Source of the DNA: Octopus vulgaris
Taxonomy: Eukaryota
Assembly (NCBI GenBank): GCA_951406725.2
Contig: OX597831.1
Span: 73,470,001 to 73,534,000 of the forward strand
DNA: 64,000 bases
Direction: 5' to 3'
Positions 11,829-24,547 of the stretch are shown here, in pieces. Position 1 is the stretch's first letter, and each line of letters begins with the position of its first letter. The notes beneath the pieces were generated by a model. The model was given only the letters and a program-made list of their open reading frames with translations. It made no database searches and was not told where the DNA came from. A program made the translations under genes and the position numbers.

Positions 11829-12616
11829 GGTGCAGGAGTGGTTGTGTGGTAAGTAGCTTGCTTGCCAACCACATGGTTTCGGGTTCAGTCCCACTGCATG
11901 GCACCTAGGGGAAGTGTCTTCTACTATAGCCTCGGGCTGACCAAAGCCTCGTGAGTGGATTTGGTAGACGGAAACTGAAAGAAGCCTGTCGTATATATGT
12001 ATATATATATGTGTGTGTGTATATGTTTGTGTGTCTGTGTTTGTCCCCGCAACATCGTTCGACAACCGATGCTGGTGTGTTTGTGTCCTTAGCAGTTCGG
12101 CAAAAAGACACCGATAGAATAAGTACTAGGCTTACAAAGAATAAGTCCCGGGGTCGATTTGCTTGAGTAAAGGTAGTGCTCCAGCATGGACTGAAACAAG
12201 TAAAAAAAAAAATCAAGATATATATGGGAGTGGCTGTGTGGTAAGTAGCTTGTCCACCAACCACATGGTTCCGGGTTCAGTCCCACTGCATGGCACCTTG
12301 GGCAAGTGTCTTCTACTATAGCCTCGGGCTGACAAAAGCCTTGTGAGTGGATTTGGTAGACGGAAACTGAAAGAAGCCCGTCGTGTATATGTATATATAT
12401 ATATATGTTTGTGTGTCTGTGTTTGTCCCCCTAGCATTGCTTGACAACCGATGCTGGTGTGTTTATGTCCCCGTTACTTAGCGGTTCGGCAAAAGAGACC
12501 GATAGAATAAGTACTGGGCTTACAAAAGAATAAGTCCTGGGGTCGAGTTGCTCGATTAAAGGCGGTGCTCCAGCATGGCCGCAGTCAAATGACTGAAACA
12601 AGTAAAAGAGTAAAGA

Positions 12617-12617
<1 letters not shown>
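11829..12617 (+). mobile_element. two tandem SINE family A copies (11829-12210, 12227-12617)
   Basis: Two head-to-tail copies with all diagnostic motifs. Confidence 0.9.
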
Positions 12618-12666
<49 letters not shown>

Positions 12667-12668
<2 letters not shown>

Positions 12669-12917
12669 CGAAGGCTAGACAGGCATCTCAACCAGCAGGT
12701 TCACTATCCTGGGCTGATGACGGGTAGACCCAGAAACATGCATGTTCTCAGGTGTGAATCCTAGCTGGTGGGGATGCTTGCCTCCCCTTCGTAAAATATA
12801 AGGACACAGGAAATGTGTCAAAGCCGACAGGAAGCATCGATGCTTCCTATGACTAAACAGCGGTGGTGTAATTCCCTTACGGGACTGTCATATTATGTTG
12901 ACAGTATACAACCACTC
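12667..12917 (+). mobile_element. hammerhead-containing structured non-coding element (retrozyme/Penelope-associated candidate) in (TA)n
   Basis: Almost entirely base-paired ~250-nt island between two TA tracts; contains a hammerhead core; shares motifs with 31875-32072 and 56703-56888. Confidence 0.65.
12708..12752 (+). ncRNA. type I hammerhead ribozyme
   Basis: Stem I CCTGGG (12708-13)/CTCAGG (12747-52); CTGATGA 12714-20; stem II GGG(T)/(A)CCC; GAAA 12733-36; palindromic stem III AACATGCATGTT; GUU triplet predicts cleavage after 12746. The 10.1:11.1 pair is a non-canonical C-A. Confidence 0.75.
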
Positions 12918-12921
12918 TATA

Positions 12922-12983
<62 letters not shown>

Positions 12984-12985
<2 letters not shown>

Positions 12986-13232
12986 AGCACTGTCAGTTAT
13001 GATGACGAGGGTTCCAGTTGATCCGATCAATGGAACAGCCTATTCATGAAATTAATATGCAAGTGGCTGAGTACTCCATAGACACACGTATCCCTTAACA
13101 CAGTTTCCAGGGAAATTCACTGTGACACAGAATGTAACAAGTCTGACACCACTGAATTACAGGTACAACTCATTTTCGCTAGGTGAGTGGACAGGAGGAA
13201 TGTGAAAATAAAGAGTCTTGCTCAAGGACACA
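12984..13232 (-). mobile_element. SINE, third tRNA-headed group, diverged
   Basis: Reverse complement of the body of 27523-27840 (CCTTGAGCAAGAC, GCTGTTCC.TTGATCGGATCA). Confidence 0.75.
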
Positions 13233-13391
13233 ATCTACCTTTGTAAGAAAGCTAGCGAATGTGTATGGCAACAAGGGCAAAAAATAAATGGACAAAAAAA
13301 AAAAGCCGCAGAACATGGAACACAATTATGAATATAAAGCAAATGAGTAACAAGGATGTCCAGGTAATACCTGGACTGGACTTCCTTGCTA

Positions 13392-13750
13392 TTTACTCTT
13401 TCATTTTTTTCAGTTATTTGACTGCGGCCATGCTGGAGCACCGCCTTTAGTCGAGCAACTCGACCCCGGGACTTATTTTTTTTGTAAGCCCAGTACTTAT
13501 TCTATCGGTCTCTTTTGCCGAACCGCTAGTGACGGGAACACACCAGCATCGGTTGTCAAGCAATGCTAGGGGGACAAACACAGACACACACACACATATA
13601 TATATATTTATATATATATATACGACAGGCTTCTTTCAGTTTCCGTCTACCAAATCCACTCACAAGGCATTGGTCGGCCCGGGGCTATAGCAGAAGACAC
13701 TTGCCCAAGATGCCATGCAGTGGGACTGAACCTGGAACCATGTGGTTGGT
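13392..13750 (-). mobile_element. SINE family A
   Basis: Reverse-complement copy lacking the first ~30 nt. Confidence 0.88.
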
Positions 13751-14554
13751 TCTTTTATTCATCTAACTTTGAGCTGTGCGGACAATACCAGACTGACTTG
13801 GTGCCTCAACTTAAATAGCTAATTCAACTGATTCTACACACACACACACACACACACTAATATGGAAAGAAATGGAGGTTGGTGAAAGGAAGGGCATTTG
13901 ACTATAGAAAACTCTGCCCAAGTACTCTTGTTTGACCCTTGCAAGCATGGAAGAATAAACATTACTATGACTGATGATGATGATGATATGTACACATGCA
14001 TTGCCACCATTTAATGTCCACATTCCACTGGGCCCAAGATTTCATTGCCTTGCTCAAGTGTCTGCTTCAGCATAGTTTCCATGGCTTGATGCCCTCGCTA
14101 ATGTAAATCACTTTACAACATGTACAAGGTGTACTTAGACAAATACACACACATGCATACACATCACTCTCTCTGTCTTGTTCTCTCTGTCTCACTACAC
14201 ACACACGTGTGTGTGTGTGTATATATATATACATACATACACACACACACACATGTATGTATTTGTGTGTGTATGTACATATATATGTATGTGAGAAATG
14301 TTGATAAAGAAAATAGTCTTTGTGTGTATATCTGATTTATATCTCTATTGATTAGAAACTAAATACCCCCCACCCCAGCCAACACCCTCATACCCACCAC
14401 TGTACTTTTGGGCATGGTGCCAGAGTATTTAGTAATTCTTGCCATCCTGACAAGAACTAGAGGCTCTTCCAACATATTTGGCAATTAATTGAAAGGAGCT
14501 ATTTGCATAATCATAATTCTGTAGTACTAGCATCGTTGTTGTTGTTGTTGCTTT

Positions 14555-14604
<50 letters not shown>

Positions 14605-15703
14605 AGCTGGAATTGTCATCTTGAACACAAGATGGGAGGTGGATGGTGGTATTTAGGAAACAATCACACACACTTACTAAATATTTTTCTGTGTCACATA
14701 TGAGGTTTTGGATCTTTCTTTCTCTCTCTTTTCATATATATATCAACACATCCACATAATTATACTGAGTATAATTTTGTCCTTGTGTAGGTATATATGT
14801 ACATACAGATGTATGTTTATGTGTGTATAGTTGCAGAAATAAAATCAAGTGTATGTGTACACACACACACATGCAATTTAGTTTCACTTTCACATTGAAG
14901 TGCCTTGAAGATTCATAGATGACAAGATAACCTCTTCCTCTTCCCTCTCTTACTTTCAGCCCTACACCTCCCCTCCCCACTCTCTCAATCAGCATCCCTT
15001 CTCTCCTGCTGTTTAATTCTCCATCTCTCTCTCTCTCTCTCCCCCTCTTCCCTATTTACTCAAATAAACAAAATTCTTCTTCATCTTCTTCTTCCTCCTC
15101 CTTGTTACAATCTGCTGCAAATATTACGTTTATTTTTGTGGTAGAAAATTTGAGCCTTCTTCACCGCCGCTGTTGGAGTATAAGCACAAACGCCACCGTC
15201 ACCCCACCATCATAATAACAATAACAATATTCTCCCAGACCCCAGTTGAACCGTCCAACCCGTGCTAGCGCGGAAAACGGACGTTAAACGAACGATACAT
15301 ATCTGTATACATACAAATGTAACTTATTTACATGCTTAACTATTCACATACATAAAGACCTGTAATCACACACAAATGGATATACTCACATAATGCATAC
15401 ACACACACAAATATATACTTACACGCATAAATATACACATAAAGACTTGCTACTACACACATTTACATACACACGCACACACACAAATATAGGTAATATG
15501 TGTTTTGGAGGAAATTATTTCATTTTTAGGTGTAAAATCAATGTGTTGGGCGAGGGTGAGGGGTTAGGTGTGACTAGGGGGTGAGGCAGAGGGCTGGGGT
15601 AGTAGTGAAGAAGAGGTAGTGGGAGAGGGTGGGTAAAGTGTTACACAAATTACCTCACAAAGAGGACAGAGGTAAAGAGGGAGGGAGGGAGGGAGAGAGA
15701 GGG

Positions 15704-15758
<55 letters not shown>

Positions 15759-15941
15759 GGTGCAGGAGTGGCTGTGAGGTAAGAAGCTTGCTTATGAACC
15801 ACATGGTTCCGGGTTCAGTCCCACTGCATGGCACCTTGAGCAAGTGTCTTCCAATATAGCCTCGGGCCAACCAAAGCCTTGTGAGTGGATTTGGTAGACG
15901 GAAACTGAAAGAAGCCCATTGTGTGTGTGTGTGTGTGTACC

Positions 15942-15972
<31 letters not shown>

Positions 15973-16560
15973 GTTTGTGTGTTTGTCCCCCACACCATTG
16001 CTTGACAACCCTAACATAGTGGTTTGGCAAAAGAGACGAACAGAATAAGTACAAGTTAATATAAAGAGTAAGTCCGGGGGTCGATTTCTTTGACTAAAAG
16101 GCAGTGCTCCAGCATGGTCACAGTCAAAATGACTGAAACAAGTAAAAGATAGATAGGAGTGGCTGTGTGGCAAGTAGCTTGCTAACCAACCACATGGTTC
16201 TGGGTTCAATCCCACTGCGTGGCATATTGGGCAAGTGTCTTCTGCTATAGCCCCGGGCCGACCAATGCCTTGTGAGTGGATTTGGTAGACGGAAACTGAA
16301 AGAAGCCTGTCGTATGTATGTATATATGTGTATATATGTGTATGTGTGTGTGTGTTTGTTCCCCTAGCATTGCTTGACAACTGATGCTGGTGTGTTTACG
16401 TCCCCGTCACTTAGCGGTTCGGCAAAAGAGACCAATAGAATAAGTACTGGGCTTACAAAGAATAAGTCCCGGGGTCGATTTGCTCGACTAAAGGCGGTGC
16501 TCCAGCATGGCCGCAGTCAAATGACTGAAACAAGTAAAAGAGTAAAAAGAGAGTAAAGAG
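15759..16560 (+). mobile_element. two tandem SINE family A copies (15759-16150, 16156-16560)
   Basis: Head-to-tail copies; a more diverged copy follows at ~16712-17000. Confidence 0.9.
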
Positions 16561-17049
16561 TATATACATAGAGAGAGGCGGGGGAGAGAACAACATGAAG
16601 ATTTAGCAAACAATAGAGGGCAATGTTGATTTGGACAATAGAAAAGCTTTCTCCCTCCCTCCCCCTCTCTCCTTTTCTCTCCCTCCCCTTTCACACACAC
16701 ACCCACACACAGAGGTGTAGGGGTGGTTGTGTCCCAAGCACATAGTTCTGGACTCAGTGCTACTGCTTATCTCCTGGAGCAAGTGTCTTCCACTACAGCT
16801 GTGGGCTAATCAAAGCTTTGTGATGAGATGGAAACTGAAAGAAGCTTCTTGTATACATGTGTGAGTGCAAAAACTGGTATTGGCTTATTCATGTCCCTGC
16901 AACTTAGTAGTTCAGCAAAGAGTGATTGATAGAATAAGTATCAGGCTTAGAATATGTTCAACTAAGTCCTTCTAGGTGGAACTCCAGCATGGCCAAAGAT
17001 TAATAACAAACAAGAAAAAAAGAAAAGACAAAAGATATAAATATGTGAA

Positions 17050-17335
17050 AGTGAGTGGCCAAGTGGTCAGGTGTGTTGCGCTCATTATAGTGAGATTGTG
17101 GTTTCACTTCCCATCCTGGCTGTGTGCTTCGTGGTCTTGAGCAAAACACTGCATTTCTCATTGCTCCAGTCCACTCAGCTGTAAATGGGTGACCACCCTG
17201 CGATGGACGGGCCTTCTGATCGGGGGGTACGTTGGACTGCTCACCCAGCCCGCAGGGTGGCATTGTTCAAAGGCTAAAATGATGCAAAAGCGCATTGTGA
17301 CCAGTGATGTATAACAGCCAATATTCTGTTTGATA
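17050..17335 (+). mobile_element. tRNA-headed SINE sharing the CTTGAGCAA...TTGCTCCAGTCCACTCAGCTG core
   Basis: Core shared with 27523-27840; different 3' part. Confidence 0.6.
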
Positions 17336-17347
17336 CTGCGAGATATA

Positions 17348-17650
17348 TCATCATCATCATCATTTAACATCTGTTTTTCCATGCTGGCATGGGTTGGACG
17401 GTTTGACCAGGGCTGGCAAGCTGGGAGGTTGCACCAGACTCCAGTGTGATTTGGCATGGTTTTCTATGGCTGGATGCCCTTCCTAATGGGTGCTTTTACG
17501 TGCCACCAGCATGGGTGCCATATGCGTGACACCACTATCTGCCACGACTGTGATTTTGCTTGATTTGATGAGTCTTCTTAATGCCAAAGGTGTCGGTCAT
17601 TGCCTCTGTGAGACCCAACGCTCGAAGGGAACTCGGCCACTTTGCCTCCC
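17348..17650 (-). mobile_element. repeat family C
   Basis: (CAT)n then TTTCCATGCTGGCATGGGTTGGACGG...GGCTGGATGCCCTTCCTAATG. Confidence 0.75.
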
Positions 17651-17967
17651 TACACACACACACACACACATTAAATATCATGTTTTAGTGTCTGCTTTCC
17701 CATGTCTGCTTGAGGCAGACTTTCTACGGCTGGATGCTCTTCCTGTCACTAACCCTGATCTGTTTGAAAGCAACATAATATTTGTTCATGGCTGGATTTG
17801 TTTTTATAGAAGATTATGAATTTAGACAGGGAGGTGGGGGAGTCGATTACATTGACCCCAGTATTTGACTGGTACTTTATTTTATCAATACTAAAGGACG
17901 AAAGTCAACAATGACAATAACGATGATGATGATGATGATGATAATAATAATAATAATAATAATTATA

Positions 17968-18380
17968 GGCACAGGAGTGGCTGTGTGGTAAGTAGCTTGC
18001 TAACCAACCACATGGTTCCGGGTTCAGTCCCACTGCATGGCACCTTGGGCAGGTGTCTTCTGCTATAGCCCCGGGCCAACCAATGCCTTGTGAGTGGATT
18101 TGGTAGACGGAAACTGAGAGAAGCCTGTTGTATATATGTATATATATATATGCGTGTCTGTGTTTGTGTGTCTGTGTTTGTCTCCCTAGCATTGCTTGAC
18201 AACCGATGCTGGTGTGTTTATGTCCCCGTCACTTAGCGGTTCAGCAAAAGAAACTGATAGAATAAGTACCGGGCTTACAAAGAATAAGTCCTGGGGTCGA
18301 TTTGCTCAACTAAAGGCAGTGCTCCAGCATGGCCACAGTCAAATGACTGAAACAAGTAAAAGAGTAAAAAGAGTAAAGAG
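17968..18380 (+). mobile_element. SINE family A, full length
   Basis: All motifs present. Confidence 0.9.
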
Positions 18381-18384
18381 AATT

Positions 18385-18599
18385 ATTACAAATTTTTGCC
18401 ACAAGGGCAGCTTGGGGGAAGTGGGGATGAGTCGATTACATCGACCTCGACTGGTACTTATTTTATTGACCCCCAAAAGGATGAAATGCAAAGTCGACCT
18501 CGGCAGAATTTGAAATCGGAATGTAGCAACAGGTAAAACACTGCTAACCGTTTCGTCCAGCACACCAATGATTCTGCCAGCTCGCTGCCTTAAATGATG

Positions 18600-18645
<46 letters not shown>

Positions 18646-19105
18646 TGATGTTGGTGGTTTCAAATTTTGCCACAAGGGCAGCAATTTTTGGGGGGAGGAG
18701 GGGATGAGTCAGTTACATTGACCCCAGTATTTCACTGGTACTTAATTTATCACCCCCAAAAGGATAAAAGGCAAAATCGACCTCAGTGGAATTTGAACCC
18801 AGATGAGCAAAATACCACTAAGCATGTCATCCACTGTGCTACCAATTCTGCCAGCTCATTGCCTTAAATGATAATAATAATTATTATTTCTACTCTAGGC
18901 ACAAGGCCTTCAAAATTTTTGGGGGAAGGGGGCTAGTTGATTCCATCGACCCTAGCGCGTAACGGGTACTTAATTTATTGACCTCAAAAGGATGAAAGGC
19001 AAAGTCAACCTCGGCAGAATTTGAACTCAGAATGTAGCGGCAGACGAAATACTGCTAAGCATTTTATCTGGCTTGCTAACAATTCTGCCAGCTCACCACC
19101 TTAAC

Positions 19106-19139
<34 letters not shown>

Positions 19140-19262
19140 GTACATTCTACTATTGGTACAGGGCTGAAACTTTGGGGACAGGGTTAGTCGATTACACTCA
19201 CCCCTGCTCAACTGGTCCTTATTTTAACAACCCTGAAAGGATGAAAGGCAAAGTTGAACTCG
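18385..19262 (-). mobile_element. tandem cluster of four family B-related SINE copies separated by (AAT)n
   Basis: Repeated GACCCC.AAAGGATGAAAGGCAAAGTCGACCTCGGC.GAATTTGAAC...TTCTGCCAGCTC at ~18385-18592, 18660-18867, 18890-19102, 19145-19262. Confidence 0.8.
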
Positions 19263-19346
19263 CTGCCACACCATAACTCATCCATTGCAGACCAACCCAT
19301 CCCCACCATTCTGATACCATTATTGTCTCTTTCTACCCAGAACCAC

Positions 19347-19506
19347 AGGAGTGGCTGTGTGGTAAGTACCTTGTTTACCAACCACATGGTTCCGGGTTCA
19401 GTCCCATGGCGTGGCATCTTGGGCAAGTGTCTTCTGCTATAGCCTCGGGCCGACCAATGCCTTGTGAGTGGATTTGGTAGACGGAAACTGAAAGAAGCCT
19501 GTCGTA

Positions 19507-19556
<50 letters not shown>

Positions 19557-19762
19557 TGTGTGTCTGTGTTTGTCCCCCTAGCATTGCTTGACAACCGATG
19601 CTAGTGTGTTTTCGTCCCCGTCACTTAGCGGTTCGGCAAAAGAGACCGATAGAATAAGTACTGGGCTTACAAAAGAATAAGTCCCGGGGTCGAGTTGCTC
19701 AATTAAAGGCGGTGCTCCAGCATGGCCGTAGTCAAATGACTGAAACTAGTAAAAAAAAAAGA
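19347..19762 (+). mobile_element. SINE family A
   Basis: All motifs present. Confidence 0.9.
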
Positions 19763-20689
19763 GAACCATCTCACTTGTTAACCATTCTTTACCCATTAAT
19801 ATTCCCCTCCTTGGACCACCAAATTACCTCTCCTCATGCATTACTCCTGTTTTGTCTCTCTGCCAACTCCAACTCCTCATCAGTCTGTCTCTCTTTTCTT
19901 CTCCTTTCAAAAGGTAGTCATTACTACCACACTGCTAGGGTCCCTGTGGCTTCCCCAACTCATGCATCTCCTTCCCTCAATCCTCACAGATGTTGCCCAC
20001 ATCCTTTACCCACTTCTCCCATATCTCCTCCCACTACTACTTCTCTTATCTGAGGTTTCACTTGGACACTTCATCACTACTGTCTATCTCCTTGCAGACG
20101 CTTCTAATCCATTCTCTCTCTCCCTTAAAATTGAGTAGCCATGTGGCTCCTCTGCAACAGGACCCCATCTTACATAAAGAGGCAAAATCCTCCCTCATAG
20201 GCTTTTGTTGACTTGCAGGTGACAGGGTGACCTCAGTAGTGCTGGTGGCATGGAAAAATAAGGCACCCAGTACATAATGTAAAGGGGTTGGCATTAGGAA
20301 GGGCATCCAGCCGCAGAAACCGTGCCAGACCAGACACTGGAGCATGATGCTGTCCTCGGACTCGTCTGATCCTTGTCAAACAGTCCAAGTCACAACAGCA
20401 TGGAACATAGAGGGGGGGGGGGGGCATAAAACAGATAGAATACCACCAGGCATTTTGCCGCCTTTGTAATAATGATAATTTTGGGGAGAGGGTAAGTTGA
20501 TTACCTCAACCTCAATGTATCACTGGTACTTATTTTGTTGACCCCTGAAAGGATGGAAAGCAAAGTGAACATTGGTGGAATTCGAACTCAACATCTATGG
20601 GCATGGAATGCTGCTAAGCATTTTACCCAGCATGCTAACGCTTCTGCCAGCTTGCTGCCTTAATAGTAGTAGTAGTAATAGTTTTTTTT

Positions 20690-21058
20690 AAGACTCCGTT
20701 GGTCATGAATGACTATGGGTGCACCTAAGAAGTTCCCCTCTGGGGTACAATTCGGGGTGGAAAGTCGCCTCACCAATGAACACACAACCTAGGGTTGTTT
20801 TTATGGAAGACCATCAGTCACCCATGCATCCCAGCCTCCCCTCTCCATGCCACCGATATTATCCAAGGGAAAGGCAAAGGGGCCGATACAGCTTGGCACC
20901 TGTGACGTCGTGACTCATTTCTAGAGCTGAGTGAACTGGAGCAACGTGAAATAAAGTGACTTGCTCAAGAACACAATACACAGCCTGGTCCGGGAATCGA
21001 ACTCACTACCTCATGTTTGTGAGCTCGATGCTCTAACCACTGAGCCATGCACCTTCAC
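20690..21058 (-). mobile_element. tRNA-headed SINE (third group variant)
   Basis: Reverse complement has GGTGCATGGCTCAGTGGTTAGAGC (A box), GTTCGATTCCC (B box) and CTTGAGCAAGTCACTTTATTTCACGTTGCTCCAG. Confidence 0.75.
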
Positions 21059-21308
21059 ATATAGTAATAATGAGATGGGAACATCAGCAACCAATGTTTT
21101 GTTTACTAAAAAAAAAAAAGAAACAAAAAATTGCTTGCTCTGAAATGAAAACGACATTTCTTAAAGGGACAGATTGTTGTTCATGATGTTGTTGTTGTTG
21201 TTGATGGAAAATTCCTGGACCCCCAGGAACTGCATTGGTTTGCATTATATTCGGAATTACTGATGACATCTGGCACATTTATCTAAATAAACCCCGTTAT
21301 CAGAGATA

Positions 21309-21344
<36 letters not shown>

Positions 21345-21345
<1 letters not shown>

Positions 21346-21714
21346 CTTTTATTTTTTTGTTTCAGTCTTTTGACTGTGGCCATGCTGGAGCACCGCCTTT
21401 TAGTCAAACAAATCGACCCAGGACATATTCTTTGTAAGCCCAGTACTATCAGTCTCTTTTGCCGAACCGCTAAGTTACAAGAATGTAAACACACCAGCAT
21501 AGGATGCCAAGCAATGTTGGGGGGGCCAAACAAAAACACACACACACATACATATATATACGACGGGCTTCTTTCAGTTTCCGTCTACCAAACCCACTTA
21601 CAAGGCTTTGGTTGGCCCGAGGCTATAGTAGAAGAAACTTGCCCAAGGTGCCATGCAGTGGGACTGAACCCGGAACCATGTGGGTGGCAAGCAAGCTACT
21701 TACCACACAACCAC
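21345..21714 (-). mobile_element. SINE family A
   Basis: Reverse-complement copy. Confidence 0.87.
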
Positions 21715-21745
21715 TTATGTGTGTGTGTATATATATATATCTGTA

Positions 21746-21873
<128 letters not shown>

Positions 21874-23004
21874 TACAGACACAAATGGTCAATTTAATAA
21901 TTTGGAAATGGACCCTTCCTGATAACAACCCACTGATAATATTAATTAAATAAAGTGTTTAGGACTCACCAATTCTGATAACATTATATGTGACTATAAC
22001 TAACTTTACTCGTGTGTGTGTGTGTGTATTTTCATACACATAATATTCTTATATACATAACAAGCGCACAATTCTCCACACAATTCTTTTGCGAGTGTTT
22101 ATTGATCATTTTGGTGTTTGATATAAAAAACATTATGTAATGTCTAACAACAGTTTACAACATGAATGTGTGTGTGTGTGTATCCACATGTATAATATTA
22201 TGTTCTATGGATATTCATCCACATGTGTATAAATGCTTTCATGCAATAATTCTAGAAAAATATCATGGCAAAAAGACAATGGAAAATGCAGAGGAAAGAA
22301 GAGGAAGAATGTAAATATTGAATCTAAAAATAAGAAAGAAGATGGAGAGAGAAGAGAAAGGAAGACGAGGCGAAACAGTTCCACAAATTTAGATAGTAAA
22401 ACTAATGGGTCTTTTAATGTTCGTTAAAACTGGAAGAAATTAGAGAGAGAGAGAGAAGAGAAAGCAGGAGAGAAAGTATGTGACAGAGTGCATGAATGAG
22501 AGTGGGGAGAGAAGAGAGATTAATTGTGTTTAATGAATTGTAATTAGAGAAAATTGTGGAGGCACACGACATGTCGATTGGTTGCAAAAGGCATTTGACT
22601 GTCATCTTCAAACGATGCAAACTTTGATAGAGTGTGGGGGTGGTGAAGAGTAGTGGGGTGGAGAGAGTAGAAGCTGGACAAAGTGTGTGTGTGTGTGTGT
22701 GTGTGGTTGGTTTGGTTTGGTGCAAAATCTTCTTTGGAAAAAATCATTAAAAGACAACCAAGATTTCCAGTTAACAAATGTTTTAATCTCTCTCTCCATA
22801 AACCAAAAACCTGCTGCCATTCTTGTCGCTGACATCTGGAATATTGTCAGCTACTCCCAGAAGTCAATCATCGGAATGTCCAACATTAACGTTCTACCAA
22901 GAATTATTGATGGGGGAGAGCGATTAATGGTCTTTGTGGAAACTTGACAAGAACCAGCTGACTGGTTTGTTCCAGAACACTTTCAGCCTTGGGACTCTCT
23001 TTTA

Positions 23005-23500
23005 GCTTCTATTTGTTTCAGATATTACACTGTGGCCATGCTGGGGCACCGCCTTAAAGAATTTTGATTGAATGAATCGACCCAAGTACTTTTTTCTTGT
23101 TTCAAATCTGGTACTTATTCTATTGGTCTCTTTTGCTGAACTGTTAAATTACAGGGACAGAAACAAACCAACACCAGTTCTGAAGCCATGGTGTGGGATA
23201 AACGTAAGACACACACAGCCTAGTGGTAGGTTTGTTGCACTCATGATTGAAGGATTGGGGTTTCAATTCCTAGACCGGATGGTGTGTTGTGTTCTTGAGC
23301 AAAACACTTCATATCACGTTGCTCTGCGATCCCTTCGATACCTGATGCATGGCACACAGTGCACCTATTCAGACAACATCGATTTGATGGAGAGAGCAAG
23401 CTAATGTGTGGCGCAAAGATTTGATTGCTGTAAACAAATCATTTCTGTAGGTTATTTGGCAAAGCACTCATACATTGTCTTTGACGGAAGAGTCCATCAA
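23005..23500. mobile_element. SINE A 3' half (minus) abutting a third-group SINE (plus, from ~23218)
   Basis: Motif matches to both families. Confidence 0.6.
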
Positions 23501-24289
23501 TTTTATATATATATATATATATAAATAAGTGATAGATTTTTCTCCAAAATGAATAAATATTAGATTTATAATTTCTCCTTTAATCCAACGTAACAAAATA
23601 TTCAAAATCTACCAGCTAAGTATAAAGTTGATGTATATAAGTATAAAAGAATCTCTGTATTCTCTATAAGTGGTCACTGTGACCATTTGACATTGACCTA
23701 GTTTTCCTAATACAAAATCTGTTTGCCAAATAGTAGTAAACAGCTTCTATAGCATTACAACCTCCTTTCTACCTTAATTTCTTTATATAGAACTTTGACA
23801 TGTATTTCACCCCTATTTCTATAAATAGAAAATCTTTCTTGTCTCCTTTCAATTGATCATTCTTCCCAAACCTTCTAGCAGTTCAAAATAACTTAATGAA
23901 TATTCTTCAGTCAGTTGATAAACTCTACTACCTTAATGTTCTTAAAATTTAAATCGACATCTTTGTCTATATATCTACCTTCTCTATAATGTTATCAATT
24001 GATATGAAAATTATGTATTAATGGAAAACCTCTATTAATGGCTGATGATTGCTCAACATTTTAAAACTGTTGTAATACTTACAACATTTAATAAAATGAT
24101 GTAGCATGAAACGATCGTACCAAATTACCGAAGTTATTCTTGTTGCTTATTTTGATTATAATCACCCCATGGATTTATATGGATAACACCATACAAAATT
24201 CTGGTGCATCTAACTTAAGTACCATATTCATTTGAATCTAAATTTTGCTGAACTTATATATAAATATATACATATATATGAATATATAG

Positions 24290-24495
24290 GGAAAATTCAC
24301 AAAAGAACAAAAGACAAAGACAGGTGGTGTAGACAACAGACAGATGTATTGGTTTAACGCTCAGGAAGTGAAAAACTTTTTAATATTTCGAGCCTATGCT
24401 CTTCCACAGAAAGGAACACAGAAAGAAACAAGGAGAGAAAATAAAGAATGTGTAGTGGCTAGCGATCTATCAAGGCGAATGCCGGACAGAAGGGT
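24290..24495 (-). mobile_element. Penelope-type terminal repeat fragment with a degenerate hammerhead (24377-24414)
   Basis: Minus strand CTGTGGA-A-GAGC-ATAG-GCTC-GAAATATT; same architecture as 6656-6690; bounded by TA-rich tracts. Confidence 0.45.
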
Positions 24496-24547
24496 GTATG
24501 TATAAATATATATATATATATATGTGTGTATGTATGTATATATATAC

